From Janthinobacterium lividum (GTDB lineage: Bacteria; Bacteroidota; Bacteroidia; Sphingobacteriales; Sphingobacteriaceae), in assembly GCA_050954285.1 (NCBI GenBank), contig JBPBPL010000016.1, positions 4,858 to 68,857 on the forward strand: a stretch of DNA of 64,000 nucleotides, read 5' to 3'. Under the pieces are notes generated by a model, which saw only the letters and a list, made by a program, of their open reading frames with translations, made no database searches and had not been told where the DNA came from. Positions 39,095 to 48,212 of the stretch are shown piece by piece. The position numbers and the translations under genes are program-made. Position 1 is the stretch's first letter. Every line of letters starts with the position of its first letter.

Positions 39095-40072
39095 ATGCTG
39101 ACTGCACATCCCATTCAAAAAATAGTTGTTTTCCGCGCCTTGCAATTGGGCGATTTGCTATGTTCGATACCTGCTTTTCGCGCTTTACGCACCACTTATC
39201 CCGAAGCAAAGATTACTTTGATTGGGTTGCCCTGGGCAGAAAGTTTGTTAACTCGTTTTCCGGATTATTTTGATGCTTTCATCGCTTTTCCGGGCTATCC
39301 GGGATTACCGGAGCAAGAGATCAATCCGCAGAAAATAACTGGTTTTTTACAAGAAATACAGACTCAGAATTTTGATCTGGCACTGCAGATGCAAGGAAAT
39401 GGCTCCATTGTTAATCCATTGGTGGAGCTTTTTGGTGCTTTTTATACAGCTGGTTTTTATCGGGAAGAAGATTATCGCCCAAGTCCGCTATTTTTAAAAT
39501 ACCCGAAAGGTATCCCCGAAATTGAGCGCCATTTATTGCTGATGAACCATTTAGGTATTCCTTCTGTCGGTCCGGAACTGGAATTTCCGCTGAATAGTTA
39601 TGATTATGATGCTTTTGATCAGCTGAACCTGCAAATCATCCCGCAGAAATATATTTGTATTCATCCTGGTTCCCGCAGTTTGGACCGGCAGTGGCCGCCG
39701 GAGTATTTTGCTCAGCTTGCAGATTACTGTCAGGAGCAAGGTTTTGATGTAGTTATCACTGGTACAAAAGATGAAGAACATTTGGCAGCAGAAATGATGC
39801 AACACATGCAGCACGAAGCTTATAATATGGTAGGCAAAACTACTTTGGGCGCAGTTGCAGTTTTAATAAAAGATGCTTTTGCCCTGATTTCCAATTGCAC
39901 CGGCGTATCACATATTGCTGTCGCTTTCGGTACGCCAAGTGTAATCATCAGCTTACATGGAGAACCAGAGCGATGGTCGCCATTAAATCAAACCAAGCAC
40001 CGCACTATTGATTGGACCAGAACACCAAAATTTGAACTGGTAATGGAGCAATTGGTAGAAGTGGTAGTATGA
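39095..40072 (+). CDS. family 9 glycosyltransferase (heptosyltransferase-like)
   Basis: KIVVFRALQLGDLLCSIPAFRALR at the N-terminus, and a C-terminal NCTGVSHIAVAFGTPSV motif. Confidence 0.8.
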   Translation: MLTAHPIQKIVVFRALQLGDLLCSIPAFRALRTTYPEAKITLIGLPWAESLLTRFPDYFDAFIAFPGYPGLPEQEINPQKITGFLQEIQTQNFDLALQMQGNGSIVNPLVELFGAFYTAGFYREEDYRPSPLFLKYPKGIPEIERHLLLMNHLGIPSVGPELEFPLNSYDYDAFDQLNLQIIPQKYICIHPGSRSLDRQWPPEYFAQLADYCQEQGFDVVITGTKDEEHLAAEMMQHMQHEAYNMVGKTTLGAVAVLIKDAFALISNCTGVSHIAVAFGTPSVIISLHGEPERWSPLNQTKHRTIDWTRTPKFELVMEQLVEVVV

Positions 40073-40095
40073 AAAGATCTGGCTAAGTTTTACCT

Positions 40096-40109
40096 GATAA
40101 AAGAAGTAT
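40096..40109 (-). repeat. family-A motif copy after the GT9 stop
   Basis: Reverse complement reads ATACTTCTTTTATCAGGTAAAACTTAG. Confidence 0.9.
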
Positions 40110-40191
40110 AGGCTTTTTAAAAAACGCCGGATACAAAAAGTGGCTAAATGATTATAAATCATTTAGCCACTTTTAATTTAAAACCTCAATA

Positions 40192-40647
40192 TTATTTTTG
40201 AGGTGGAACAGTAGATGTACCTGTACCCGTTGTACCAGCACCGGTTGTACCAGCACCGGTTGTACCAGCACCGGTTGTACCGGTATTAGTCCGAACACCA
40301 GATCCTGTTCTGTTACCCATAGTTCCAGTACCACGAGTGGTTCCAGTACCTCTTGTAGTTCCAGTGCCAGTTGTTCCAGTACCGTGTGTTGTACCAGTTC
40401 CTCTCATTGTTCCTGTACCAGTTGTTCCAGTACCACGCATGGTACCGTTTCCTCTCATCGTACCTGTACCAGTTGTTCCAGTTCTAACAGTACCGTTATT
40501 AGTTGTTCCGGTTCCTGTCTGCGTTCCAACCGTACCAGTTTGTGTTCCAACAGTACCAGTGGTACCTGTTTGAGTGGTTTGAGCCGATGCACTTTGCAAT
40601 CCCCAAACAAACATCCCAAGCATCATTGCTAAACTTATCTTTTTCAT
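40192..40647 (-). CDS. secreted low-complexity Gly/Thr-rich repeat protein
   Basis: Signal peptide MKKISLAMMLGMFVWGLQSASAQ followed by about 125 aa of GTGTT/MRGTGTT/GAGTT repeats. The plus-strand ORFs here are shadow frames of the repeat. Confidence 0.6.
   Translation of the reverse strand: MKKISLAMMLGMFVWGLQSASAQTTQTGTTGTVGTQTGTVGTQTGTGTTNNGTVRTGTTGTGTMRGNGTMRGTGTTGTGTMRGTGTTHGTGTTGTGTTRGTGTTRGTGTMGNRTGSGVRTNTGTTGAGTTGAGTTGAGTTGTGTSTVPPQK
40229..40273. repeat. three perfect tandem 15-bp units (GTTGTACCAGCACCG) inside the Gly/Thr-rich gene
   Basis: Units at 40229-40243, 40244-40258 and 40259-40273, then a partial fourth. They encode (GAGTT)x3 on the minus strand. Confidence 0.9.
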
Positions 40648-40722
40648 AATATTGATTATATTAATTTAAAACCACTGGTGCCTAAGTTTAGTTTTAATTA
40701 TTTCTACTGATTGACTTTGTAA

Positions 40723-41649
40723 TTACAATTTTATGCCCCGCAGAAAATCTTCAATAGTCATCTTTTTTTTACCTTCCAGCTGTGCTTCTTTTATCACTAT
40801 AAAACCATCTGTGCAAGCGAATTTTAAAATGGTTTTTTGATCAGTGATATAATAGCCCGGATCAGTTTCAGTTTCCAGGAGTTCTTTTTCGACCTTAAAA
40901 ATTTTGAAAACTTTATCGTTGAGGTAAGTAAAAGCGGTAGGATACGGACTTAATCCGCGGATAAAATTATAAACCTGGTCCGTAGGCTGCAACCAATCGA
41001 TCAAACAATCATTTTTGAAGATTTTTGGTGCATGTTTCAGTTCGGTAGTTTCATTCTGGTTGATCAATTCCGCTTGAGAAACTTCTTTGTACAGATTATC
41101 AGCAACAATTTTTACCGTTTTCACCAACAGTTCCGCTCCAATTTGCATCAGTTTATCGTGCACATCGCCGGCGTTATCAGTTTCCAGGATGCTTGTTTTA
41201 TCGGTCAAAATAATGTCGCCCGTATCTATTTCCTGCTTCAAAAAAAACGTGGTTACGCCGGTTTCCTTTTCACCATTAATCACTGCCCAATTAATTGGTG
41301 CCGCACCGCGATACTGTGGCAAAAGAGAAGCGTGCAGGTTAATCGTTCCTTTTGGAGGCATGTTCCAAACAATTTCCGGCAACATCCTGAAAGCAACTAC
41401 CAACTGCAAATCAGCTTGCAGACTTTTCAATTCATTTATAAAACCCTCGCTTTTTAGTTTTTCGGGTTGAAGGACTTTGATACTGTTTTTAACCGCATAT
41501 TTTTTTACTGCGGATTCGGAAAGCTGCTGCCCGCGGCCGGAAGGTTTATCCGGAGCAGTGACCACGGCAATAACGTCCATGTCTGCCTTAATTAAAGCAT
41601 CCAGAGAAGCCACGGCAAATTCCGGCGTGCCCATAAAAATTATTTTCAT
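40723..41649 (-). CDS. fmt: methionyl-tRNA formyltransferase
   Basis: MKIIFMGTPEFAV, HASLLPQYRGAAPINWA and a C-terminal Formyl_trans_C domain. Confidence 0.95.
   Translation of the reverse strand: MKIIFMGTPEFAVASLDALIKADMDVIAVVTAPDKPSGRGQQLSESAVKKYAVKNSIKVLQPEKLKSEGFINELKSLQADLQLVVAFRMLPEIVWNMPPKGTINLHASLLPQYRGAAPINWAVINGEKETGVTTFFLKQEIDTGDIILTDKTSILETDNAGDVHDKLMQIGAELLVKTVKIVADNLYKEVSQAELINQNETTELKHAPKIFKNDCLIDWLQPTDQVYNFIRGLSPYPTAFTYLNDKVFKIFKVEKELLETETDPGYYITDQKTILKFACTDGFIVIKEAQLEGKKKMTIEDFLRGIKL
40782..40795 (+). repeat. family-A motif copy (13/14) inside fmt
   Basis: GTGCTTCTTTTATCACTATAAAACC. The minus-strand gene reads V-I-K-E-A-Q. Confidence 0.8.
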
Positions 41650-41655
41650 TCAGGT

Positions 41656-42891
41656 TTATTTATATAAAGTGTATTTCAGTCGCATCGCCTTGTAATCGCT
41701 CAAACCTGGTTCCCAACTTTGGCGGATTTCTTTTTCGCTTGCACCCGCTAAAATTTGTTGCTTAAAAGAAGCATCGCCGGATAAATAATCAATATTTCCA
41801 ATCTGTTTGCTTTGGCTCCGGTCAAAAAATCTGGTTTTATCGGGATAAGCTTTGTACAATTCCATCATCCATTGCAGGTTGAGTTTTCCGTTTCTGCGGA
41901 GTTTAGTTGTGTTATAATTCCGCAGATCCAAGCCAAAACATTGTTCATTTTGATGCAAAGGCGTTTCAGATTTCCCCGCAATACTGACTGGTTTAAATGA
42001 AAAATCATACAATCCTTTCAAATCCGGGCTGCCCAAAACCGTAAAAGGCATATACGTGCCGCGGCCCTGGCTCACGGTTGTGCCTTCAAACAAGCACAAT
42101 GACGGATAAAGCAAAACCGATTGCGCCGAATTGAGGTTAGGTGAAGGATTAACGGGCAACGTGTATTCCATGCCATGTACATAGTTTTTCAGGGTAATAA
42201 TTTTGATGTTACAATGCAAATTGTTGGGCAACCAGCCTTCACCGTTAATCATTTGCGCAAATTCGCCAATGGTCATGCCATGCATAATTGGGATTGGAAA
42301 TCTGCCAATGCCCGATTTCAGTTTCATATCCAGTATCGGTCCGTCCACATAATCATTTGGGTTTGGGCGATCGAGAATGATCAGTTGCTTTCCGTTTTCG
42401 GCACACGCTTCCATCACATCGGCCAAAGTGTTGATGTTGGTATAAAACCGGCAACCGACATCCTGAATATCAAAAATCATTAAATCGATCGAATCCAGGT
42501 CTTTCTTAGAAGGTTTTCTTTTTTGTCCATACAGGGAAATGATCGGGATCCCTGTTTTTGCGTCCACTTCATCCGTCACTTTTGCACCATTACTGGCGTT
42601 TCCCCGAAAACCATGTTCCGGCCCGAATATTTTACTGATATGGATATTCAGTTTAAGCAAACTATCTGCACTCGGAACCAGGTTTTTGCCGATAACGGAA
42701 GTTTGGTTAACACACATCGCCACATTTTTACCTCGTAAAAGAGGCAAATACAATTCGGTTTGATCCGCTCCGGTTTTGATTTTGGAGGATTGCGCAACAC
42801 AAAAATTAGCCGATAAAAGAAGCATCAGGCTCCAAAGCAAAAGCATCTTCCGGTTTTGTGTAAAAGTTGTTATCAAATTCATATCAGCCAT
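41656..42891 (-). CDS. DUF1343-family protein (exo-beta-N-acetylmuramidase NamZ-like), secreted
   Basis: IFGPEHGFRG...DIQDVGCRFYT motifs and a signal peptide. An alternative start is the ATG at 42846. Confidence 0.85.
   Translation of the reverse strand: MADMNLITTFTQNRKMLLLWSLMLLLSANFCVAQSSKIKTGADQTELYLPLLRGKNVAMCVNQTSVIGKNLVPSADSLLKLNIHISKIFGPEHGFRGNASNGAKVTDEVDAKTGIPIISLYGQKRKPSKKDLDSIDLMIFDIQDVGCRFYTNINTLADVMEACAENGKQLIILDRPNPNDYVDGPILDMKLKSGIGRFPIPIMHGMTIGEFAQMINGEGWLPNNLHCNIKIITLKNYVHGMEYTLPVNPSPNLNSAQSVLLYPSLCLFEGTTVSQGRGTYMPFTVLGSPDLKGLYDFSFKPVSIAGKSETPLHQNEQCFGLDLRNYNTTKLRRNGKLNLQWMMELYKAYPDKTRFFDRSQSKQIGNIDYLSGDASFKQQILAGASEKEIRQSWEPGLSDYKAMRLKYTLYK
42812..42825 (-). repeat. family-A motif copy encoding part of the DUF1343 signal peptide
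   Basis: Reverse complement reads ATGCTTCTTTTATCGGCTAATTTTTGTG, translated as M-L-L-L-S-A-N-F-C. Confidence 0.9.
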
Positions 42892-42903
42892 GCTTCTTTT
42901 ATC
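42890..42903 (+). repeat. family-A motif copy overlapping the DUF1343 start codon
   Basis: ATGCTTCTTTTATCGAGTAAAAATTGA. The minus-strand ATG is the complement of 42889-42891. Confidence 0.92.
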
Positions 42904-43023
42904 GAGTAAAAATTGAAGTCGGAAAAACTCAAAATTAGATTATTGTTTTCCTTTTAAAGTATCGTTCCTGCATTTTCGGCCTAAAACTGCATCTTTGCCC
43001 AGTTAATAAACCAGAAACCGAAT

Positions 43024-44244
43024 TTGAACATTGCCACCTTTATTGCCGGCCGCATTTCTTTCCGGAGCAAACGAACGTTTTCTAAAATGATCGTACGCAT
43101 TGCCATCACCGGCATTATGCTGGGTTTGGGCGTGATGATTTTGAGCCTGGCCATTGTGAAAGGTTTCAAGCAGGAAATCCGCGAAAAAGTAAGGGGCTTT
43201 TCGGGTGATATCCAGATTGTGAAATACGATCTGAACGCTTCCTACGAAAATTCTCCCTTTTCGGCTGATCCGGCTTTGGTGAAACAAATTGCTTCTAACC
43301 GAAATTTCTCACATATTGAAGCTTTTGCTACCAAACCAGCCATTATCAAAGCAAATGATGCGATAGAAGGCGTGGTTTTAAAAGGTGTTGATAAAACTTA
43401 CGATTTTACGTTTTTTAAAAAAAGCATGGCTTCGGGCCGCGTTTTGGATTTTTCGAATTCGGCCAAAGCAGAAGGCCAGATCATGATTTCGCAGTTTACG
43501 GCCAACCGTTTGAACCTGAAAGTGGGCAATGATTTCCTGATGTATTTCGTGCAGCAACCGCTCCGGAAACGGAAATTTAAAATTGTAGGTATTTTTAATA
43601 TTGGGGTAGAAGAAGTAGATAAAACTTTTGTGATCGGTTCGCTTCCGCTGATCCGCCACCTGAACAGTTGGAAAGCCGGCGAAGTTGGCGGCTATGAATT
43701 GAAGATTCCTGACTTCAACAAAATGGAAGAATCTACCACCGCACTCAGCAATGTTTTGCCGGTTGATTTGAAGTATTTTACCGTAAAACAATTTTATCCA
43801 ACCATATTTGAATGGCTGGATCTGCTGGATGTAAACACGCAGGTAATCCTGATTTTGATGCTAATTGTAGCGGTCATCAATATGATATCTGCCCTGCTGA
43901 TCATGATTTTAGAACGTACCAGCATGATCGGAATGCTCAAGGCTTTAGGAGCTACCAACTGGAGCATTCAGCAAATGTTCCTGCTCAATGCGCTTTATCT
44001 GATTGCTGCGGGTTTATTGCTAGGTAATTTATTTGGCATCGGAATCAGTTTTTTTCAGAATCAAACCCATTTTTTTAAGCTTGATCAGGCTTCTTATTAC
44101 ATGAATTTTGTACCGATCCAGCTCAACTTATCAGATATTTTGCTGCTTAATCTGGGCACGCTGGTAGTTTGCGTTTTGGTGCTTTTAATTCCTTCTATGC
44201 TGGTAAGTTCTATTTCTCCTGTTAAAGCGATTCGTTTTAAATAG
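43024..44244 (+). CDS. FtsX-like ABC transporter permease (LolC/E-like)
   Basis: TTG start. One TM segment, a large periplasmic MacB-like domain, then three C-terminal TM segments with LERTSMIGMLKALGA. Confidence 0.85.
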   Translation: MNIATFIAGRISFRSKRTFSKMIVRIAITGIMLGLGVMILSLAIVKGFKQEIREKVRGFSGDIQIVKYDLNASYENSPFSADPALVKQIASNRNFSHIEAFATKPAIIKANDAIEGVVLKGVDKTYDFTFFKKSMASGRVLDFSNSAKAEGQIMISQFTANRLNLKVGNDFLMYFVQQPLRKRKFKIVGIFNIGVEEVDKTFVIGSLPLIRHLNSWKAGEVGGYELKIPDFNKMEESTTALSNVLPVDLKYFTVKQFYPTIFEWLDLLDVNTQVILILMLIVAVINMISALLIMILERTSMIGMLKALGATNWSIQQMFLLNALYLIAAGLLLGNLFGIGISFFQNQTHFFKLDQASYYMNFVPIQLNLSDILLLNLGTLVVCVLVLLIPSMLVSSISPVKAIRFK

Positions 44245-44272
44245 CAATTCGGTTTTATTACTGAAAATTAGA

Positions 44273-44286
44273 ATGCTTCTTTTATC
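44273..44286 (+). repeat. family-A motif copy after the FtsX-like permease stop
   Basis: ATGCTTCTTTTATCGGTATAAAATTAGG. Confidence 0.92.
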
Positions 44287-44415
44287 GGTATAAAATTAGG
44301 GTAACATCAGTATTTTGTCAGACACATTAATTTCTGTCAGAATGTAGTAACTTGTCCTTTTACTATTTGGGTTTCCGTTTGATGTTGATAGATTTGGCTG
44401 TTACAACATACAACT

Positions 44416-45534
44416 ATGAGCACAACAGAAAATATTGCCGGACTGGATACCTTGTTCCGTCCGTTCAAACTAAAATCTTTAAACCTGAAAAACCGGATCG
44501 TGATGGCACCGATGACGCGCTCGTTTTCGCCAAATGGTATTCCGGGAGATAATGTAGCCGATTATTACCGCCGCCGGGCAGAAGGTGAAGCCGGATTGAT
44601 CTTATCTGAAGGAACTGTGATTGATCGTGTGGCTTCTTCCAACGATCCCAATATTCCGCATTTTTATGGAACAGCTGCTTTAAATGGCTGGAAAAAAGTG
44701 ATCGACGACGTACATGCGGCCGGTGGTGCAATGGCTCCGCAGATCTGGCACATGGGCGTGATGCCGCAACAGGGTGATTGGTTGCCGTCAACTCCATTTG
44801 AAGGACCTACCGGTTACGTAGCCGAAGGGAAAAAAGGCGGCGTGGCCATGAGCGAAAACGACATTGCTGATACCATTGCTGCCTATGCCAGCGCTGCTGC
44901 CGATGCCAAACGTTTGGGTTTTGATTCGGTAGAATTGCATGGAGCACATGGTTATTTGATCGACCAGTTTTTTTGGGATGCTTTTAACGAACGTACCGAT
45001 AATTTCGGTGGAAAAACGATTGTAGAACGAAGTCGTTTTGCAGTAGAAGTGGTTAAAGCGGTACGTGCTGCCGTGGGTGAGGATTTTGCGATCATCATCC
45101 GTTTATCACAATGGAAACAACAAAATTTAAATGTGAAATTAGCGGCCACACCGGATGAAATGGCTGCCTGGCTAAACCCAATGGCTGATGCTGGCGTGGA
45201 TATTTTCCATTGCTCACAACGCCGTTTCTGGGAACCGGAATTTGATGGTTCTGAGCTGAACTTTGCAGGCTGGGCCAAAAAGCTGACTGGTAAAGCAACC
45301 ATTACGGTAGGTTCTGTTGGCCTTTCTGGTGAGTTTATGGCTTCTTTTCAGGGAGAATCTTCTCAGCCTAAATCTATTGATGAACTGGTAAACCGCATGG
45401 AAAAAGGTGAATTTGATTTAGTAGCCGTTGGCCGTGCCTTATTGGCCGATCCAAACTGGATTAAAAAAGTAACCGAAGGCAGAACCGCCGACTTGCAAGG
45501 TTTCACTAAAGAAGCTTTAGCAACGCTGCACTAA
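44416..45534 (+). CDS. NADH:flavin oxidoreductase (Old Yellow Enzyme family)
   Basis: LKNRIVMAPMTR, VELHGAHGYLIDQF and GRALLADP motifs. Confidence 0.9.
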   Translation: MSTTENIAGLDTLFRPFKLKSLNLKNRIVMAPMTRSFSPNGIPGDNVADYYRRRAEGEAGLILSEGTVIDRVASSNDPNIPHFYGTAALNGWKKVIDDVHAAGGAMAPQIWHMGVMPQQGDWLPSTPFEGPTGYVAEGKKGGVAMSENDIADTIAAYASAAADAKRLGFDSVELHGAHGYLIDQFFWDAFNERTDNFGGKTIVERSRFAVEVVKAVRAAVGEDFAIIIRLSQWKQQNLNVKLAATPDEMAAWLNPMADAGVDIFHCSQRRFWEPEFDGSELNFAGWAKKLTGKATITVGSVGLSGEFMASFQGESSQPKSIDELVNRMEKGEFDLVAVGRALLADPNWIKKVTEGRTADLQGFTKEALATLH

Positions 45535-45550
45535 TTTTTTACCAAGCAGC

Positions 45551-45564
45551 ATACTTCTTTTATC
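45551..45564 (+). repeat. family-A motif copy after the OYE stop
   Basis: ATACTTCTTTTATCATACATTTTTAAGG, immediately 5' of the terminator hairpin. Confidence 0.9.
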
Positions 45565-45577
45565 ATACATTTTTAAG

Positions 45578-45602
45578 GCCGGATTAATTCCGGCTTTTTT
45601 GT
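45578..45602 (+). terminator. rho-independent terminator after the OYE gene
   Basis: GCCGGA-TTAAT-TCCGGC followed by TTTTTTG. Confidence 0.75.
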
Positions 45603-45680
45603 TTCCTTTAGTCGGCATATGTCGTATCTAATTCAAAATTAATAGCTTACTTTACCTAACCAATTATTTTTAAGTCCTTT

Positions 45681-48050
45681 ATGATGAGATACCATAAGCC
45701 GTTATCCTTGTTTTTTTTCCTGCCGATGATTTCTTTGGCACAAACAAATAAAAATCCTGTGCCGCAACTCGGAAAAAATACGGTAAAAGAAGTAGTTGCA
45801 GCCATGACGCTGCCTGAAAAAGCACGTTTGGTTGTGGGCATGGGTTTTAAAATGCCGGGGATGCCTCCACCCAAAAAAGGCGATACAACCAGCATGGATA
45901 TTGGCGGTTTCAAGTTGCCGCCTTCCGATCCAGATGCTTACAATATACCCGAAAAAGTGCCTGGTGCAGCTGGCCGACTGCATGGTATTGCGCGGTTAGG
46001 CATTCCTAGTATCACCGTTTCTGACGGCCCGGCGGGTTTACGCATTGAAGCGATCCGAAATAATGACAGCTCCAAAACGTATTATGCAACTGCTTTTCCG
46101 GTTGGTACGTTGCTGGCTTCGTCCTGGGATATTGATCTGGTAAAAAGAGTAGGCGTTGCTTTTGGCAGCGAAGTGCGCGATTATGGCGTAGATATTTTGC
46201 TGGCTCCGGCTTTGAATATTCATCGAAATCCACTGGGTGGACGAAATTTTGAATATTACTCTGAAGATCCATTGGTAGCAGGTAAAATTACGGCAGCTAT
46301 TGTGCAGGGAATCCAATCCAATGGCGTAGGAACTTCGATCAAACATTTTGCAGCAAACAATCAGGAAAGCAACAGGACCGGCGTAAATTCTGTGGTGAGC
46401 GAAAGAACCATGCGGGAAATTTATCTGAAAGGATTTGAGATCGCTGTAAAAGAATCTGATCCCTGGACAGTGATGTCATCTTACAATAAAATAAACGGAA
46501 CTTACACTTCCGAAAGGCCGGATTTGCTCACTACCATTCTGAAAAAAGAATGGGGCTTTAAAGGTTTTGTGATGACGGACTGGTTTGGCGGCAATAACCC
46601 TGTAGCACAAATGGCTGCCGGAAATGATTTGATCATGCCGGGAAGCCCGAAACAATCCGATTTGATAGTTGCAGCTGTAAAAAGTGGTAAACTCAGCATC
46701 AAACAACTCGACGAAAATGTAGAACGGATTTTGAATATCATTCTGAAATCCCCTACGTTCCGTAAATATCCGTATAATGATAAACCGGATTTGCGTGCCG
46801 ATGCACAGGTTTCCCGTTCGGCAGCCGCAGAAGGGATGATTTTGCTGAAAAACGCTGGTCAGGCGCTTCCAATCCAAAAAGGAAAAAAAGTAGCTGTTTT
46901 TGGCAATACTTCTTATGATATTATTGCAGGAGGAACCGGCAGTGGGGATGTAAATAAAGCGTACACCATTTCTTTGCTGCAAGGTTTGAGCAATGCTGGT
47001 TATCAGGTAGATAGAAGTATTGAAAACAGTTACAAAGCTTATCTGGTGGATGCCAAAGCGAAACGCCCAAAGCCAAAAAGCTTTTTTGAACCGTTGGCCG
47101 TGATTTCAGAACTGGAAAATAACCAGAACGTTGGTTCTGGTGCCGCAAATGATGAAGCCGCAATCATCACCATTGGCAGAAATGCCGGCGAAGGCGCAGA
47201 CCGGAAATTGGACAATGATTATTATTTGTCTGATGCCGAAAAAACATTGATAAAAACAGTATCGGCCGCGTTTCATGCGGTAAACAAAAAGGTAATTGTG
47301 GTGCTGAATATTGGCGGCGTAACCGATGTCAGCAGCTGGCGCGATCAGGTAGACGGCATTTTATTAGCTTGGCAGCCCGGAATTGAAGCTGGAAACGCAA
47401 TTGCTGATGTTTTATCCGGAAACGTAAACCCATCCGGAAAGCTGGCTACCACTTTCCCGATGAGTTACCAGGATGTGCCTTCTGCCAAAAACTTTCCGGG
47501 CACGCCTGCGGATAAACCGTTAAAAGTGGTTTATGAAGAAGGGATTTACGTTGGCTATCGTTATTACAACACTTTCAGCGTAAAACCAGCTTATGATTTT
47601 GGTTATGGTTTATCTTATACTACGTTCAATTACAGTAACTTAAAGCTGAGTAATGCTTCTTTTACCGATCATATTTCGGCATCTATTACCATCACCAACA
47701 GCGGAAAAGTGGCCGGGAAAGAAGTGGTACAACTTTACTTAACTGCGCCTGCCAAAATGATGGACAAACCGTCGGAAGAGTTAAAAGCATTTGCCAAAAC
47801 CCGATTACTGCAACCGGGCGAATCTCAAACGTTAAGTTTCAATATAAAAGCCTTGGATCTGGCTTCTTACGACACCAAAACTTCTTCCTGGGTTGCAGAA
47901 GCTGGAAATTATAACCTGAAAATTGGCGCTTCGTCTGTTAATATTAAGCAAACTGCAAGTTTTAATCTGCCTAAACAAATAGTGGCTGAAAAAGATACTA
48001 AAGCTTTAACGCCACAGGAAAACCTGACTGAAATGAAGAATAGTAAATAA
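45681..48050 (+). CDS. bglX: glycoside hydrolase family 3 beta-glucosidase
   Basis: KHFAANNQE and GFVMTDW (nucleophile Asp) motifs, a fibronectin-III-like C-terminus, and a signal peptide. Confidence 0.93.
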   Translation: MMRYHKPLSLFFFLPMISLAQTNKNPVPQLGKNTVKEVVAAMTLPEKARLVVGMGFKMPGMPPPKKGDTTSMDIGGFKLPPSDPDAYNIPEKVPGAAGRLHGIARLGIPSITVSDGPAGLRIEAIRNNDSSKTYYATAFPVGTLLASSWDIDLVKRVGVAFGSEVRDYGVDILLAPALNIHRNPLGGRNFEYYSEDPLVAGKITAAIVQGIQSNGVGTSIKHFAANNQESNRTGVNSVVSERTMREIYLKGFEIAVKESDPWTVMSSYNKINGTYTSERPDLLTTILKKEWGFKGFVMTDWFGGNNPVAQMAAGNDLIMPGSPKQSDLIVAAVKSGKLSIKQLDENVERILNIILKSPTFRKYPYNDKPDLRADAQVSRSAAAEGMILLKNAGQALPIQKGKKVAVFGNTSYDIIAGGTGSGDVNKAYTISLLQGLSNAGYQVDRSIENSYKAYLVDAKAKRPKPKSFFEPLAVISELENNQNVGSGAANDEAAIITIGRNAGEGADRKLDNDYYLSDAEKTLIKTVSAAFHAVNKKVIVVLNIGGVTDVSSWRDQVDGILLAWQPGIEAGNAIADVLSGNVNPSGKLATTFPMSYQDVPSAKNFPGTPADKPLKVVYEEGIYVGYRYYNTFSVKPAYDFGYGLSYTTFNYSNLKLSNASFTDHISASITITNSGKVAGKEVVQLYLTAPAKMMDKPSEELKAFAKTRLLQPGESQTLSFNIKALDLASYDTKTSSWVAEAGNYNLKIGASSVNIKQTASFNLPKQIVAEKDTKALTPQENLTEMKNSK
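47249..47262 (-). repeat. family-B variant motif copy inside the GH3 CDS
   Basis: Reverse complement reads ATACTGTTTTTATCAATGTTTTTTCGG. The gene reads L-I-K-T-V-S. Confidence 0.88.
47653..47666 (+). repeat. family-A motif copy inside the GH3 CDS
   Basis: ATGCTTCTTTTACCGATCAT, read as N-A-S-F-T-D-H. Confidence 0.88.
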
Positions 48051-48052
48051 GC

Positions 48053-48066
48053 ATACTTCTTTTATC
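48053..48066 (+). repeat. family-A motif copy 3 nt after the GH3 stop
   Basis: ATACTTCTTTTATCGGCATAAAATCAAG. Near-identical over 26 nt to the copy at 54292. Confidence 0.92.
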
Positions 48067-48079
48067 GGCATAAAATCAA

Positions 48080-48107
48080 GATCGGAACAAAAACTCCGGT
48101 CTTTTTT
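48080..48107 (+). terminator. rho-independent terminator after the GH3 gene
   Basis: GATCGGA-ACAAAAAC-TCCGGTC (one wobble pair) followed by TTTTTT. Confidence 0.6.
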
Positions 48108-48212
48108 ATGCGCAGTTTTTCAACATGAGGAAATATTATTCAGATAAAAATTCTATTTAAAGTTAAAACTGGTCAGGTTTTTGTTTAAAATGAAAAAACA
48201 AAATCTACTAAA

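Noticed and set aside
40198-40632. Plus-strand ORFs (144 aa Cys/Ser/Thr-rich, 78 aa VPVP-repeat) overlapping the Gly/Thr-rich gene.
   Set aside because: Alternative frames of a short-period repeat stay open by construction. Only the minus-strand frame has a signal peptide and a sensible start.
44316-44341. Direct repeat TGTCAGA-N12-TGTCAGA upstream of the OYE gene, as a possible operator.
   Set aside because: Only 7 bp are repeated, there is no adjacent regulator gene, and chance occurrence in AT-rich intergenic DNA is plausible. Not supportable without comparative data.
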